From an uncultured Dehalococcoidia bacterium (lineage in GTDB: Bacteria > Chloroflexota > Dehalococcoidia > Lucifugimonadales > UBA3495), in contig CATMOE010000012.1 of the NCBI GenBank assembly GCA_950072105.1, positions 1 through 64,000 on the forward strand: a DNA stretch of 64,000 nt, written 5' to 3'. The translations under genes were made by a program, and so were the position numbers. The notes beneath the pieces were generated by a model. The model saw nothing but the letters and a program-made list of their open reading frames with translations, did not search any database and was not told the DNA's origin. Below are positions 63,186 through 64,000 of this stretch, one piece after another (within the stretch, counting starts at the first letter, position 1; every line of letters begins with the position of its first letter).

Positions 63186-63722
63186 TCAATTTTCGTACGT
63201 CCGGCGAGGGTTCACCGGCTTCAATGGCTCTCCGGATACCATCTTTAGTGCGGCCATGATCAGCGATCCGGCGGCAAAGCCTCCGATGTGGGCGAAGAAT
63301 GCCACGTTAACTTGGGAAGAAAGCCCCAGGGAGATGAGGCCTTGAAACAGTTGCCAGCCAAACCATAAGCCCAACAGTATCACGGCCCTGACCTCTACCA
63401 CGGTGATGATGTAGAGCACCACCAGCGCTTTTACCCGGTTGAATGGATAAAGCACCAGGTAAGCGCCCAAAACCCCGGAAATCGCCCCACTGGCCCCTAC
63501 CAGAGGCGTTTGAGAGCCGGGGTCTATCGCGAAATGGGCCAGAGTAGCCACGACGCCGGTGAACAGGTAGAAAAACAGGTATTTTACGTGGCCCAGCCGG
63601 TCCTCGATGTTATCCCCGAATACCCACAGGAACATCATGTTCCCGGCAAAGTGCATGAACCCGCCGTGCATGAACATGGAGGTAAAGAATGTTACCCAAG
63701 TGGGGACGGGCGTCTCAATACT
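63186..63722 (-). pseudogene. Rhomboid family intramembrane protease, 5'-truncated
   Basis: SMFMHGGFMHFAGNM, GASGAISG and AHIGG motifs. The N-terminal TM segment is missing and the upstream frame runs into phage sequence and a stop. Confidence 0.8.
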
Positions 63723-63764
63723 CCGGGTGATAGCCCCAGCGGCGAATGATGCGGTCTTCAGCCA

Positions 63765-63998
63765 TTAGCCGGTAATCCGGACAGCAAGGTCAGGATAGAT
63801 CGACTTCCAGCCGTACAGGACGTCGAGGCGGATAATATCGTCATCCGCATCAATCGAGTACTGCTTCACGACACGCACAGAGAGGCCCTTGTGGGTCTCA
63901 CGCGCCTTGAACTCGACACCGTCCGGAAGTTCCAGAGGGCAGGTCACGAGCGCAAAGGCGTTCTTGTGGAATGCCAGGTTCTGCGGATAGGCCGTAGA
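63765..63998 (-). CDS. P22-like phage major capsid (coat) protein, C-terminal part (runs off the window end)
   Basis: STAYPQNLAFHKNAFALVTCPLELP...GLSVRVVKQYSI...RLDVLYGWK...PDLAVRITG, characteristic of P22 gp5-family coat C-termini. Confidence 0.8.
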   Translation of the reverse strand, partial: STAYPQNLAFHKNAFALVTCPLELPDGVEFKARETHKGLSVRVVKQYSIDADDDIIRLDVLYGWKSIYPDLAVRITG

Positions 63999-64000
63999 TG

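Overview
A 64 kb, GC-rich bacterial chromosome segment. Its gene content (LLM/F420 oxidoreductase, two MmgE/PrpD paralogs, DUF1800/DUF1501, NHL protein, stand-alone XDH-type molybdoenzyme, unlinked 16S, rpoBC not linked to rplKAJL) points to Chloroflexota/Dehalococcoidia, probably SAR202. That placement is an inference, not a search result. The window starts in the 3' end of a 16S rRNA gene with no tRNA or 23S behind it. It contains thiI, dnaA, a 2-oxoacid dehydrogenase E1a/E1b/E2-lipB cluster, rpoB-rpoC-pyrD, secA, a csoR-DUF1330-copA-YHS copper operon and many catabolic enzymes. It ends with an abrupt join between a P22-like phage coat gene and a 5'-truncated rhomboid gene. Best leads: (1) a DUF4242 / degenerate cyclase-TPR-LuxR / DUF4242 signalling module, with a single frameshift and candidate operator palindromes; (2) a ~300-nt dnaA 5' leader with two mutually exclusive pairings; (3) two DnaA-box clusters 10 kb apart, with the 16S gene facing them head-on; (4) an orphan HEPN-like gene beside the second cluster; (5) a signal-peptide-less DUF1800-DUF1501-NHL operon with a REP-like hairpin in each spacer. 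All family assignments come from motif recognition by eye; no database searches were run.
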